Shown here piece by piece: positions 1-8,820 of a DNA stretch of 64,000 bases (the stretch's first letter is position 1; each line of letters begins with the position of its first letter). Both the position numbers and the translations under genes were made by a program. The notes under the pieces were generated by a model that had not been told where the DNA came from, ran no database searches, and saw only the letters and a program-made list of their open reading frames with translations. The stretch lies in the NCBI GenBank assembly GCA_963803925.1, contig CAWDOM010000008.1:85154-149153 (forward strand), in the 5' to 3' direction. The stretch comes from an uncultured Actinomycetota bacterium (GTDB lineage: Bacteria > Actinomycetota > Thermoleophilia > RBG-16-64-13).

Positions 1-214
1 TGCGCCGTGTGATCTCCAACGCAGCCCTCCGGGTCGTGCTCGCGTGCAGCGGCTGCCTGCACAATCGACAAGGGTTAATGATAGGAACCAAATCGCATTA
101 GCACAAGGGGCCGTACGAACCGGTCGGGGTTTCGCGCGCCGCCCGGCCACGCGGCCGCCAGAGTAAGACCAAGGTTGGAGACGTCGAGTGCGGCGCCGCT
201 TGTAGGCTTCTGAA

Positions 215-916
215 ATGCACGGCGTACCTACAAGGAGAGTCTTCGTCTACGTCGCCGCGGGCCTGATCGTACTCGCGGTCGGCGTTGCGGGTCTCTGGGC
301 GTCGCGAGGCGCCGAGGGTGGCGGCGATGTGGTGCTCGAGACCGCGGTCGAGGTCGCAGAGGCGGGGAGCATGGGTTCGGCCGCGCCTGGGGGTATCGTT
401 GGCGACGCCGGCTCCTCCAGCACGACGAGCACCATCGAGGTGGCCAAGATATGGGTGCAGGTGGCGGGCGCGGTGCGCCGTCCGGGGGTGTATCAGGTCG
501 AAAGTGGGGCGCGGGCCTTCGAGGCCGTGCTGGCCGCGGGTGGGTTCGCCGAGAACGCCGATCAGCAGGGTGTCGCCTTGGCTGCCCGCCTCAGCGACGG
601 GTGCAGGCTGTACGTGCCGGTCGGGGGGGAGGCGCCCGCGGGGCAGGTTCAAGCTCCCACGCAGTCGATGGCCGGGCTTTCGGGCGGTCCGGCTGCGCCG
701 GAGGGCGCCGCCGGTGGCGCGGCAGGCCCCGTCTCCCTCAACACGGCTACCCTTGAGCAACTCGACTCCCTGCCGGGAGTGGGCCCCGCCCTGGCGCAGC
801 AGATCGTGACCTACAGAGAAGCGAACGGGCCTTTCATATCGGTCGATCAACTCGATGAGGTCCCCGGCATAGGGCCGGCGAAACTCGAGCAGTTGCGGCC
901 GCTGGTCGGCTTGTGA
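215..916 (+). CDS. comEA: ComEA-family DNA-binding competence protein
   Basis: 233-aa ORF. N-terminal hydrophobic anchor VFVYVAAGLIVLAVGVAGLW. C-terminal tandem helix-hairpin-helix LNTATLEQLDSLPGVGPALAQQIV...VDQLDEVPGIGPAKLEQL. The stop overlaps the comEC start (GTGA at 913-916). Confidence 0.85.
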   Translation: MHGVPTRRVFVYVAAGLIVLAVGVAGLWASRGAEGGGDVVLETAVEVAEAGSMGSAAPGGIVGDAGSSSTTSTIEVAKIWVQVAGAVRRPGVYQVESGARAFEAVLAAGGFAENADQQGVALAARLSDGCRLYVPVGGEAPAGQVQAPTQSMAGLSGGPAAPEGAAGGAAGPVSLNTATLEQLDSLPGVGPALAQQIVTYREANGPFISVDQLDEVPGIGPAKLEQLRPLVGL

Positions 917-3624
917 ACGCGGACCCCGAGGCCGTCGGGCCGCGGCGCCGGCGCGACGCGGTGGAGTGGTTCGTGCGCCGTGCGGGTGTCGCCAGGTTCA
1001 GCACGTTCGCGGCCGCCGCGGGCATGGCCCTCGCGGGCCTGGTTGGAGCGCGTCAGGGTCTTGCGCTGTGCTGTCTCGCGGGCGCGCTTCTTGCGACCAT
1101 CGGCGCGGCGGCCGCTCGACACCGTGCTCTCTTCGACGGTCGGCGGCAGTCGCGGGCAGGGTCGTCGCTGCTCGTCTTGGGCATCCTGGCCACGGGTCTC
1201 TTCTCTGGGTATCTACTGGGCGGCATGCGTGCGAGCGCCTTGACCGAGAGCGATCTCCAGCAGTACGTTGGCCAGCGGGTCGAGGCCGAACTCGTCGTGA
1301 CCGGCTCTGTGCGATCCTCAAGCGGTTGGTTGAGCGCCGCGGCGGTTGTGCGCGGGCTCACTACGGTCGGAGGTCGGCAGACCGGCGGCCCCGCGGCCGG
1401 AGATGGCGTCGTGGGCGAGAGAGTGCTGCTCGAGATCGAGCCCCCCGACGGCGCCGACCCGGGCCCTGCCACGGCGCTGAGCCAAGGGGCCATCGTGACC
1501 TTCACGGGCCGGGTGCAAGCCCCTCGGGGCGCGTCGCAGTCGGGGTACGACCAGGCGCGCCAACTGCTGCATCAGGGCGTCAAAGTCGTGCTCCGGGCCG
1601 GCACGATCGATTCTGTGGCGATCACCGGACGCCGCGGTGGGGTAGCGGGCTGGTTCGATAGGCTGCGGGTGGCCGCGCGCGAGCACATGAGCCTTGGTCC
1701 CGACGACCGCATCGACGAGGTGTTGCAGGGAGTGGTCGTGGGCGACACGGTTGGCATCGATGATGGCTGGCTCGAAGCGTTCAGGCGGGCCGGCACCGCT
1801 CACATGCTCTCGGTCAGCGGTCTCCACGTCGCGAGTCTGGCCGCGATCATGATCGGTCTCGCCAGGTTGCTGAGGGCGCCCCGGTGGGTGGGGTTTCTGC
1901 TCGCTGCCGCCGCGGCGGTGCTTCTGGTTCCGTTCGTCGGTGCTTCCCCGCCGGTTCTGCGTTCCGCCGTCATGATCGTCGTGGTGCTGCTGGGCCGTTG
2001 GATGGGGAGGGGGAGAGACCAGTGGCAAGTGCTGGCGCTCGCGGCGGTGGCGGTGCTCGGGCTCAACCCCTTCGCCGTCTTCGACGTGGGGTTCCAGCTG
2101 TCGTTCGCGGCCTTCGTCGGCATGCTCCTCCTGGTCGGTCCGCTGCAGCGGTCGCTGCGCCGGCTGCCCGCGTTCATCGGCTCCAATGTGGCCGTGTCGC
2201 TGGCGGCGAGCGCCGGCACGGCCCCCGTCGCCCTCGTGGTGTTTGGCAAGACTTCTCTGGTGGCTCCCCTGGCGAACCTGCTTGTGGTTCCGACTCTGCC
2301 CGTGGTCACGGGTCTCGGCATGGCAAGCGTGTTTCTGGGATTCGTCTGGACCGGCCTCAGCACCGCTCTCGACACCCTTGCCGCCATACCGCTCATGTGG
2401 ACAGTCCTTGTATCGAGGCTCATGTCGCTTGCTCCCGTTCTCAACACCGGAGACCTCGGCCGGGTGGCCGCGGCGCTTGTGGCCGGCGCTACGGTGTTGC
2501 CCGTTGCCTGGGCGCTGCTCGGTCGCGCCGTCAGCCTGCCCTTCGGCCTTCGAGGACGTCCCTTCGGCGGCGCGATACGTTGGGTGCGAGCCCGGCGGCC
2601 GCGCAGCCGGCGGCTCGCCCTCATGGCGGCGACTATCGTTGTCTGCGCGGGCTTGGCGGTCGGTGCGGCGGCCTACCCGGTGGTGGCTCGCAGTGCCGAA
2701 GGGCTGCGCATCGCGCTCGGCGGGCGGGGCTGGCCGAAAGAGGTGGAGCTGCGCGTGCTCGACATCGGCCAAGGCAATGCGGTTCTTCTGCGCACTCCTC
2801 AGCGCCAGGCCGCCCTCTTCGACGGCGGTCCGGCAGGATGCGATCTGGCCGGCCAACTCCACGCGCTGGGAGTCGATGAACTCGATCTGGTGGTCATCTC
2901 ACATCCGCACGCCGACCACTTTGCCGGGCTCCTCGAGTCGCTCGAGCAGGTGGAGGTCAAGACATTGGTCGATTGTGTCCGGCTGTTGCCGTCGCCTGCC
3001 GAGTCCGGCCGCGCTAGGGCTTCCCCGAGCCGCGCGTCGATCCCAAGCGAGGCCGGCGACTACCTCGAGCTCCGCCGTCGCGTTGCCGAAGAGGGCGGCG
3101 CCTACGCGCTCGTCTCCACAGGCGGCAGTCTGAGGCTTGGTGACGTCACCGTGAGCTTCTACGCGCCCTCCGATCCTCTGGTGCTCTATGAGGGGGCGTC
3201 GCCGTGGGGCGCGGGGCGTGCGGCGCCGGCGGGCGACGAACTCAATGCCGCGTCGCTGGTCGCCGTGGTCACGGCCGGCGGCGTCGACGTCCTTCTGCCC
3301 GGCGACGCCGAGTCCCAGGTGCTGCAGCGATATCATCTTCCGTCGACTGAAGTGCTGGTGGTGCCACACCATGGAAGCCGGGGCGCGCTCACGTCGCGTC
3401 TGCTAAGCGAGTGGGGCACCGTGGCCGCCGTGATCTCGGTCGGTAGAGAGAACAACTTCGGCCATCCCGACGAGGGCACGCTTGGCCTTCTGCTCGACTC
3501 GGTCGGCTACGTGATGCGCACCGATGACGCCGGTTGGGTATGCTGTAGCGTGAAAGGGGACAGCATGAGCTTCAGCGTCGAACACGCACCAGTCAGCGTC
3601 ATCGAAAGAGCGGCCCAACGGTGA
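913..3624 (+). CDS. comEC: ComEC/Rec2 DNA internalization channel protein with C-terminal metallo-beta-lactamase domain
   Basis: 903-aa ORF. Multi-TM central competence domain (HMLSVSGLHV motif). C-terminal MBL signature VISHPHADHFAGL ... VVPHHGS. Follows comEA as in the canonical operon. Confidence 0.9.
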   Translation: MNADPEAVGPRRRRDAVEWFVRRAGVARFSTFAAAAGMALAGLVGARQGLALCCLAGALLATIGAAAARHRALFDGRRQSRAGSSLLVLGILATGLFSGYLLGGMRASALTESDLQQYVGQRVEAELVVTGSVRSSSGWLSAAAVVRGLTTVGGRQTGGPAAGDGVVGERVLLEIEPPDGADPGPATALSQGAIVTFTGRVQAPRGASQSGYDQARQLLHQGVKVVLRAGTIDSVAITGRRGGVAGWFDRLRVAAREHMSLGPDDRIDEVLQGVVVGDTVGIDDGWLEAFRRAGTAHMLSVSGLHVASLAAIMIGLARLLRAPRWVGFLLAAAAAVLLVPFVGASPPVLRSAVMIVVVLLGRWMGRGRDQWQVLALAAVAVLGLNPFAVFDVGFQLSFAAFVGMLLLVGPLQRSLRRLPAFIGSNVAVSLAASAGTAPVALVVFGKTSLVAPLANLLVVPTLPVVTGLGMASVFLGFVWTGLSTALDTLAAIPLMWTVLVSRLMSLAPVLNTGDLGRVAAALVAGATVLPVAWALLGRAVSLPFGLRGRPFGGAIRWVRARRPRSRRLALMAATIVVCAGLAVGAAAYPVVARSAEGLRIALGGRGWPKEVELRVLDIGQGNAVLLRTPQRQAALFDGGPAGCDLAGQLHALGVDELDLVVISHPHADHFAGLLESLEQVEVKTLVDCVRLLPSPAESGRARASPSRASIPSEAGDYLELRRRVAEEGGAYALVSTGGSLRLGDVTVSFYAPSDPLVLYEGASPWGAGRAAPAGDELNAASLVAVVTAGGVDVLLPGDAESQVLQRYHLPSTEVLVVPHHGSRGALTSRLLSEWGTVAAVISVGRENNFGHPDEGTLGLLLDSVGYVMRTDDAGWVCCSVKGDSMSFSVEHAPVSVIERAAQR

Positions 3625-4598
3625 GCCCGCCCGCGCGGCAGGCACTCAAGCCCGCCTATCTCATCCTGGGTGACGATCTGCCCAAGATCGAGAACGCGCT
3701 GAAGAGGCTGCGGGCGCGCATCGTCGAGCAGTCGGGCAGCGATCTCAACATCGAGGAGTTCGAGGCCGGCGTCGATTCCGCCGTGCAGGTGGTCAACTCG
3801 GCCAACACCCTAGCGTTTCTCGGTGGCACCCGCCTGGTGCTCGTACATGAGGCGCAGGCTTGGCTCAAAGCTGACAAGGAGATCGTAGCCGCGTATCTCA
3901 AATCACCCGCTCCCGACGCCTGCCTTACTCTAGTCGCGGGCAAACTGCCCGCCTCCGATCTGCTGCGGTCGGCGATGAAGGAACATGGCGAGATCCTCGA
4001 GTACGCCGCGCCGAAAGAGGGTCAGTTGCCGCAATGGTTGGTGCAAGAAGCGGCCGCTCGTCTCGATATGGATCTCGGTTTTCAAGAAGCCCGTTTTCTC
4101 GTGCAGAGGTGCGGCGATAATCAGCAGATCCTGCTGCGCGAGGTGGAGAAGCTGCAGGCATACGCGGGCGGCCGGCGGGTCACCATCGACGACATCCGTG
4201 TTCTCGCGATACCCACGGTCGAAGCGAGCATCTTCGACCTGCTCGATTCGGTGGCGCTGGGTCGGGGATCGGCGACATTCACAGCGGTCGACGACCTGCT
4301 GTCGCTCGGCGAGAGGGCAGACGTGTTGTTCGCCCGCATATCCCGGTATTTTCAGAATCTCGCCAAGGTCGCGGCCATGCGCGACGAAGGTATGAGACCC
4401 GAGGCCATCCAGGTTGAGCTCAAGATGAAGCCCTATCCGGTCAAGAAACTCATGGAGCAGTCGGCTCTTCTCGGTGTCGATGGCATAGCCCGGCGGTTGG
4501 CCGTGTTGGCCGACACTGATGGCCGGCTGAAGGGCATGGGCAATCTACCGGCCGAGATGGAGCTTCAGCTCTGTCTCGGCAAGCTGCTCGGCGCGTGA
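3621..4598 (+). CDS. holA: DNA polymerase III subunit delta
   Basis: 325-aa ORF. N-terminal YLILGDD..L pattern and the size and helical C-terminal domain typical of HolA. GTG start overlaps the comEC stop (GTGA). Conserved comEC-holA-rpsT neighbourhood. Confidence 0.85.
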   Translation: MSPPARQALKPAYLILGDDLPKIENALKRLRARIVEQSGSDLNIEEFEAGVDSAVQVVNSANTLAFLGGTRLVLVHEAQAWLKADKEIVAAYLKSPAPDACLTLVAGKLPASDLLRSAMKEHGEILEYAAPKEGQLPQWLVQEAAARLDMDLGFQEARFLVQRCGDNQQILLREVEKLQAYAGGRRVTIDDIRVLAIPTVEASIFDLLDSVALGRGSATFTAVDDLLSLGERADVLFARISRYFQNLAKVAAMRDEGMRPEAIQVELKMKPYPVKKLMEQSALLGVDGIARRLAVLADTDGRLKGMGNLPAEMELQLCLGKLLGA

Positions 4599-4678
4599 AC
4601 GGCGAAAGGCGGCGCGGCGAGGCATATCACCGCATCGAAGAACGACGGTATGGCCGTCAGGGGGATAGGTCGATCGTC

Positions 4679-4698
4679 GGGCGGCGAGTACACGCCGC
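4679..4698. terminator. GC-rich hairpin between convergent holA and rpsT (possible bidirectional terminator)
   Basis: GGCGGCG-AGTACA-CGCCGCC: 7 perfect bp with a 6-nt loop, in the 110-nt gap between two convergent genes. No U-tract on either strand, so weak. Confidence 0.3.
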
Positions 4699-4708
4699 CG
4701 CGGGAGCT

Positions 4709-4969
4709 CTAGAGATGCGCGAGGAGCCGGGCCACCCTCGACTTCTTGCGGGCCGCGTTGTTGCTATGAATAGCATTGTGCGCGGCGGCCTTGTCGATGG
4801 TGGAAGTCAGCTTCTTGGCCGTCTCAGCAGCTGCATCAGAGTTGCCGGCGGTGATGTTGTCCTTGAGGCGCCTGAAGTGCGTCTTGATCGACGACTTGTA
4901 CCGCAGGTTCTCGAGGCGCTGGCGCTGGGCGATGCGAACCCGTTTACGCTGCTGCTTCGTGTTAGCCAA
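4709..4969 (-). CDS. rpsT: 30S ribosomal protein S20
   Basis: 86-aa ORF MANTKQQRKRVRIAQRQRLENLRYKSSIKT...: the basic helical S20 signature and typical length. Confidence 0.95.
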   Translation of the reverse strand: MANTKQQRKRVRIAQRQRLENLRYKSSIKTHFRRLKDNITAGNSDAAAETAKKLTSTIDKAAAHNAIHSNNAARKKSRVARLLAHL

Positions 4970-5026
4970 CCTTCATTCCTCCCGTCTTCCCTTCAAAGTC
5001 GGAGCAGTCTAGCATAACGGTCGCAC

Positions 5027-6718
5027 ATGGGCAATGAAGCAGACGACAGCACCCGAACGAATGTGAGAAGGCGGCTTGCGCTGGCCGCCGCTTTTCTGGT
5101 CGTAGCGACCGCGGGCTCGCGGGTGCTCGGCTTGGTGCGAGAGATCATCATGGCGAGCTACGTGGGGTTGGGCACCGACATGGGCGTCTACACCGTCGCC
5201 AACAAGGTCCCCAGCTTGGTGCGGACGCTACTGGCCGACACCGCGCTGTCCGCGGCCTTCATCCCGGTCTTTTCGGGCCTGCTGGAGAAGGAACGCAGGC
5301 GCGACGCCTGGCAGGTGGCGTTCACCGTGACCCTACTAGCGACGGTAGTCCTTGGGGTAGTCACGCTCCTCGGGATGGTCTTCGCGCCGCAGGTCGTGAG
5401 AGTAATCGCTCCCGGCAAGGATTTTCAAGACGCGCAGATCGTCGCCCAGACCGTTAGCCTCATGCGGATCATGTTCCCAACGGTCGTGATACTCGGCATC
5501 GCGGGCATCTTCATGGGCATTCTCAATTCCTACAACCACTTCGCCCTGCCGGCCATCGCGCCGATCGCCTGGAACCTCGTCATCATCGGAGTGGTCATTG
5601 CTCTCACCAGCGGCTACGGGGTGAAGGCGCTCGCCTGGGGTACGCTCGCGGGCACTGTGGTCGAACTGATAATCCAAGTGCCGGCTGTGTGGAGGCGCCG
5701 CTGGAAAGCCCGGTTCGAAGGGGAGACCGGCGGCGCGGCGGCGGGCGCAGCCGCGGCCGCGCCCGGGCCGTCGCCGTGGCGTCTTTCATTGCGTAGCCCC
5801 GAAGTGCGCCGGGTGGCCATCCTGCTCGGCCCGGTAGTCCTCAGTCTCGGGGTCATCAACTTCAACGCGTTCATCGACACCATCTTCGCCACCCTTATCC
5901 ACACCGATCCCGAGGGCGCCGCGCCCGGCTGGATCGAACGCGCGTTCAGGCTCTTCCAGCTTCCGCAGGGAGTGTTCGCCGTTGCGATCGGCACGGTCCT
6001 ATTCCCGGCCCTCTCGCGGCATGCCACGGCCAAGCGCATGGTCGAGTTCCGAGAAGACCTGTCAACCGGGCTTCGCCAGATCTTCTTCGTCACCCTCCCG
6101 TTCGCGGCCCTGTTCGCGGTGCTTTCGGTTCCGACCGTCCGGCTCATCTACGAGTATGGCAAGGTGCGCGGAGACGAGGTGGCGATCTCGGGCGTGGGCC
6201 AAGCACTCCTGTTCTTCAGCATCGGCATGGCCTTCGTCAGCGTGAACACGCTGCTCAATCGGGCCTTCTACAGCATCCAGAAGCCGTCGCTTCCACTCGT
6301 CATGGGCGTTGTCAACCTCGCACTCAACGTCGGCCTCGACGCCCTGCTCTACAAGCCTCTGGGAGTCGGCGGCATCACGCTCTCCACTTCAATAGTCAGC
6401 GTGGTCAACTTCTTCGGCCTGATACTGCTCCTCGGCCCACGCATTGGGGGCGTCGACGCCCGGCGGGTTGCCTGGTCGGCACTGCGGGCGATCATCGCTC
6501 TTATTCCCCTGGCGGGGGTGGCCTACGGAGTCTGGTATGCGCTCGAGGGATCGCTTGGGCACGCATCGTGGTGGGCGCGGCTCATCTCGGTCGGCGCCGC
6601 CTACATCGCCGGCGCCCTCGTCTACTGCCTGATGGCGTGGGCGATGAAGATGCCCGAGTTGACCGACCTGGCCGGTATCATCCGCCGTCGGCGGAAGCCA
6701 CCGCCGCCTCGGGGCTGA
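5027..6718 (+). CDS. murJ: Lipid II flippase MurJ (MviN family)
   Basis: 563-aa polytopic membrane ORF. N-terminal ...ATAGSRVLGLVREIIMASYVG and FIPVFS motifs are typical of MurJ. An Ala/Gly-rich loop insertion lies near residues 225-250. Confidence 0.9.
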   Translation: MGNEADDSTRTNVRRRLALAAAFLVVATAGSRVLGLVREIIMASYVGLGTDMGVYTVANKVPSLVRTLLADTALSAAFIPVFSGLLEKERRRDAWQVAFTVTLLATVVLGVVTLLGMVFAPQVVRVIAPGKDFQDAQIVAQTVSLMRIMFPTVVILGIAGIFMGILNSYNHFALPAIAPIAWNLVIIGVVIALTSGYGVKALAWGTLAGTVVELIIQVPAVWRRRWKARFEGETGGAAAGAAAAAPGPSPWRLSLRSPEVRRVAILLGPVVLSLGVINFNAFIDTIFATLIHTDPEGAAPGWIERAFRLFQLPQGVFAVAIGTVLFPALSRHATAKRMVEFREDLSTGLRQIFFVTLPFAALFAVLSVPTVRLIYEYGKVRGDEVAISGVGQALLFFSIGMAFVSVNTLLNRAFYSIQKPSLPLVMGVVNLALNVGLDALLYKPLGVGGITLSTSIVSVVNFFGLILLLGPRIGGVDARRVAWSALRAIIALIPLAGVAYGVWYALEGSLGHASWWARLISVGAAYIAGALVYCLMAWAMKMPELTDLAGIIRRRRKPPPPRG

Positions 6719-7991
6719 GCCCACTCACGCTCCGGTCGCCGCCGGCCGACTTGGCCGCTTCGAGGTGTTCGTACGCGCGGGCGATCATGGCGTCGATTGA
6801 GAGCGCGTCGGCGGGGAACCCGCCGCAGCAGACGAGCCCGCAACTGAAGGTCAGGCGCATCATGTGACCTTCGAACGACAGGTCTCTGCCCCTGACGGCG
6901 CCGAAGATTCGTCGCAGCATCGCATCGGCCTCGTTTTGCCCCGCATTGCGCGAGACGATGATGAACTCGTCGCCTCCGAACCGCCCGACCAGGTCGTATG
7001 GTCGCACCGTCGCTCCGATGATGTCGGCGAACTCCTCGAGAGCGAGATCGGCGGCCTTGGGCCCATGGACGTCGTTCACCGTTCGGAAATGATCGAGATC
7101 GATGATAGAGATACAGAATTCAGAACCGCCGCGCAGGTACTCAGCCGCCGCTTCCGTGAGACGCTCGAGGACGTAGCGGCGGTTGTAGAGCCCTGTGAGC
7201 GGGTCGTGGATGCCGAGTTGGCGGATCTCCTCCTGGAGGGCTTTGGTGCCGGTGATGTCACGGCAACACCAGTAGATCAGCCTCTCGCCGGAACTCACGG
7301 CGCCAACACTCGCTATCTCCACATGGATAGGTGGGGCGCTCTCACGCTGGAAGCGCATCTCGAAACTCTCGCCCGTCACTTCCGACCGCTCGAGCATGCT
7401 GAGGAGCCGTGTCTTGTCCCATTGAGGGTCCCAATCCCAGACCCGCGATGCGAGGAGTTCATCCATCGTCAATCCGAGCATCAGGGCGAATTGGAGGTTC
7501 GCCTCGCGAACCGCGCCGTCGGGCCGCAGTACCACGATGCCGTCGCGGGATTCGTCGATGAAGATGTGGCGCAGCGCCGCCAGGTCGCGCAGCCTGTCCT
7601 CGGCGAGGCGGAGCTTGGTTATGTCTTTGACCTGCTCGACAACACCAACGGTCTCGCCTTCGCCTGTCAGCAGGGGAAAGGTGATGAACTCGAACCACAG
7701 GACCCGGCCGGGCCCGGCTGCGACCTTAGCGATCTGCGACTGCGGCTTGCCTGTCTGAAGGGTCCGCAGGGCCGGGCAGGCAGGGCACGGCTGGTCGCGC
7801 CGGTAGAGAGCGGCATGGCACTTCTGGCCCACAAGGGGTTCGGTGCCGGAGTATCGTTTCTCGATCCAGCGGTTTGCCTGCGTCACGCGAAGCCGGCGAT
7901 CGAGAACGAGCATCCCGTCTCCGAGGTTCTCGAAGACGGTCTCGCAAGCCGTGCCGTGCCGTGGGGTGTCGTTTTCATTCGGCAGTGTCAT
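6678..7991 (-). CDS. PAS/PAS-GGDEF diguanylate cyclase
   Basis: 437-aa ORF with two PAS-like segments, then LTGLYNRRY ... RFGGDEFIIV (intact GGDEF active site). The first PAS carries a KCHAALYRRDQPCPACP three-Cys motif shared with the paralog at 22072..23394. Confidence 0.9.
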   Translation of the reverse strand: MTLPNENDTPRHGTACETVFENLGDGMLVLDRRLRVTQANRWIEKRYSGTEPLVGQKCHAALYRRDQPCPACPALRTLQTGKPQSQIAKVAAGPGRVLWFEFITFPLLTGEGETVGVVEQVKDITKLRLAEDRLRDLAALRHIFIDESRDGIVVLRPDGAVREANLQFALMLGLTMDELLASRVWDWDPQWDKTRLLSMLERSEVTGESFEMRFQRESAPPIHVEIASVGAVSSGERLIYWCCRDITGTKALQEEIRQLGIHDPLTGLYNRRYVLERLTEAAAEYLRGGSEFCISIIDLDHFRTVNDVHGPKAADLALEEFADIIGATVRPYDLVGRFGGDEFIIVSRNAGQNEADAMLRRIFGAVRGRDLSFEGHMMRLTFSCGLVCCGGFPADALSIDAMIARAYEHLEAAKSAGGDRSVSGLSPEAAVASADGG

Positions 7992-8009
7992 GGAGCCTCC
8001 GTCTTGCTG

Positions 8010-8035
8010 GTGCGAACCGCTCGAGCGGTTCGCAC
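8010..8035. repeat. Perfect 26-nt palindrome (terminator or operator candidate)
   Basis: GTGCGAACCGCTC|GAGCGGTTCGCAC is perfectly self-complementary. It lies 19 nt upstream of the DGC start (7991, minus) and about 130 nt downstream of the kinase gene end (8164, minus). Confidence 0.8.
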
Positions 8036-8163
8036 ATGTGACACCTCACTTCGTTTATCGGCAGATCGGGGGCGGGAGCTGAGGGCTATCCGGGTTCGAA
8101 GGCGTTCTCGGGGTATCGGCGCCGGGTACCGCGGACCCCAGGGAGGCGGCCGGAGTCAGGCGA

Positions 8164-8820
8164 TCATGAGAAGAACGGCTCGTCGGGATCGTTGTTGTCG
8201 ACGACTACCGTGGCCCACTCCTCGGGAGCGGCCTCGGAGATGTAGAGCATCTGCCCGGGGATGTAGCGGCGCTCATAGCGCTCGCGGACCGCGTCTGCAC
8301 CGCCGAACAGGTCCACGTCGCGCTTCATCGCCCGCGGGAGAGTGGCTCTGAAGCCGGCGCGCACGAAGACCGAGAAATCCCAGAAGGCACGGAGTTCGGG
8401 ACGGAGGAGGAATACCCCGTCGAAGAGCAAGACGGCCTGGGGAGGGGCCTCGGCCGTCGCGGGCGCCGCCGGACTGTCGGTCCGATAATCGAAGACGGCA
8501 GTGCGGTACCGCCGGTCACCTCCCCGACCGAGCGGCCGCAGTAAGGCGTCAAAGAGGGCTTCGTAGTCGAAGGAGTCTTCGTAGTAGCCCTCGGGCGAGA
8601 GCGGGCCGCGGCGGCGCCGTATGATCTCGGGATTGTGGAACCCGTCGATCGACGCTCTGATCACGGGCCGGCCCATGCCGGCCAGGTACGGAGCGAGCTC
8701 CTCGGCGAGGGCGGTCTTGCCGGCGGCGTCGACGCCGTCGATGGCGACCCGCAGCGGATGGTCCACCTGGCATCGGGCGATGCGGGCCGCGAGATCGTGC
8801 AGCAGTTCCGAGCGCTTCAA
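8164..8820 (-). CDS. Uridine-kinase-family P-loop kinase
   Basis: The homologous part of track ORF 8164..9150 begins at a TTG overlapping the upstream stop (TTGA). P-loop VAIDGVDAAGKTALAEEL, then IDGFHNP and LLFDGVFLLRPEL, typical of Udk-like kinases. The upstream 110 codons of the track ORF are Arg-rich shadow sequence overlapping the preceding gene. Confidence 0.7.
   Translation of the reverse strand: MKRSELLHDLAARIARCQVDHPLRVAIDGVDAAGKTALAEELAPYLAGMGRPVIRASIDGFHNPEIIRRRRGPLSPEGYYEDSFDYEALFDALLRPLGRGGDRRYRTAVFDYRTDSPAAPATAEAPPQAVLLFDGVFLLRPELRAFWDFSVFVRAGFRATLPRAMKRDVDLFGGADAVRERYERRYIPGQMLYISEAAPEEWATVVVDNNDPDEPFFS

Noticed and set aside
1-214. Possible RNA or gene end in the first 214 nt
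   Set aside because: There is no recognisable structure or motif and too little sequence context, so it is left unannotated.
1318-2862. 514-aa minus-strand ORF antisense to comEC (and similar ORFs at 98..850, 1800..2624, 1884..2879)
   Set aside because: Arg/Gly/His/Pro-rich low-complexity translation with no motifs, fully nested in the well-supported comEA/comEC frames. A typical high-G+C shadow ORF.
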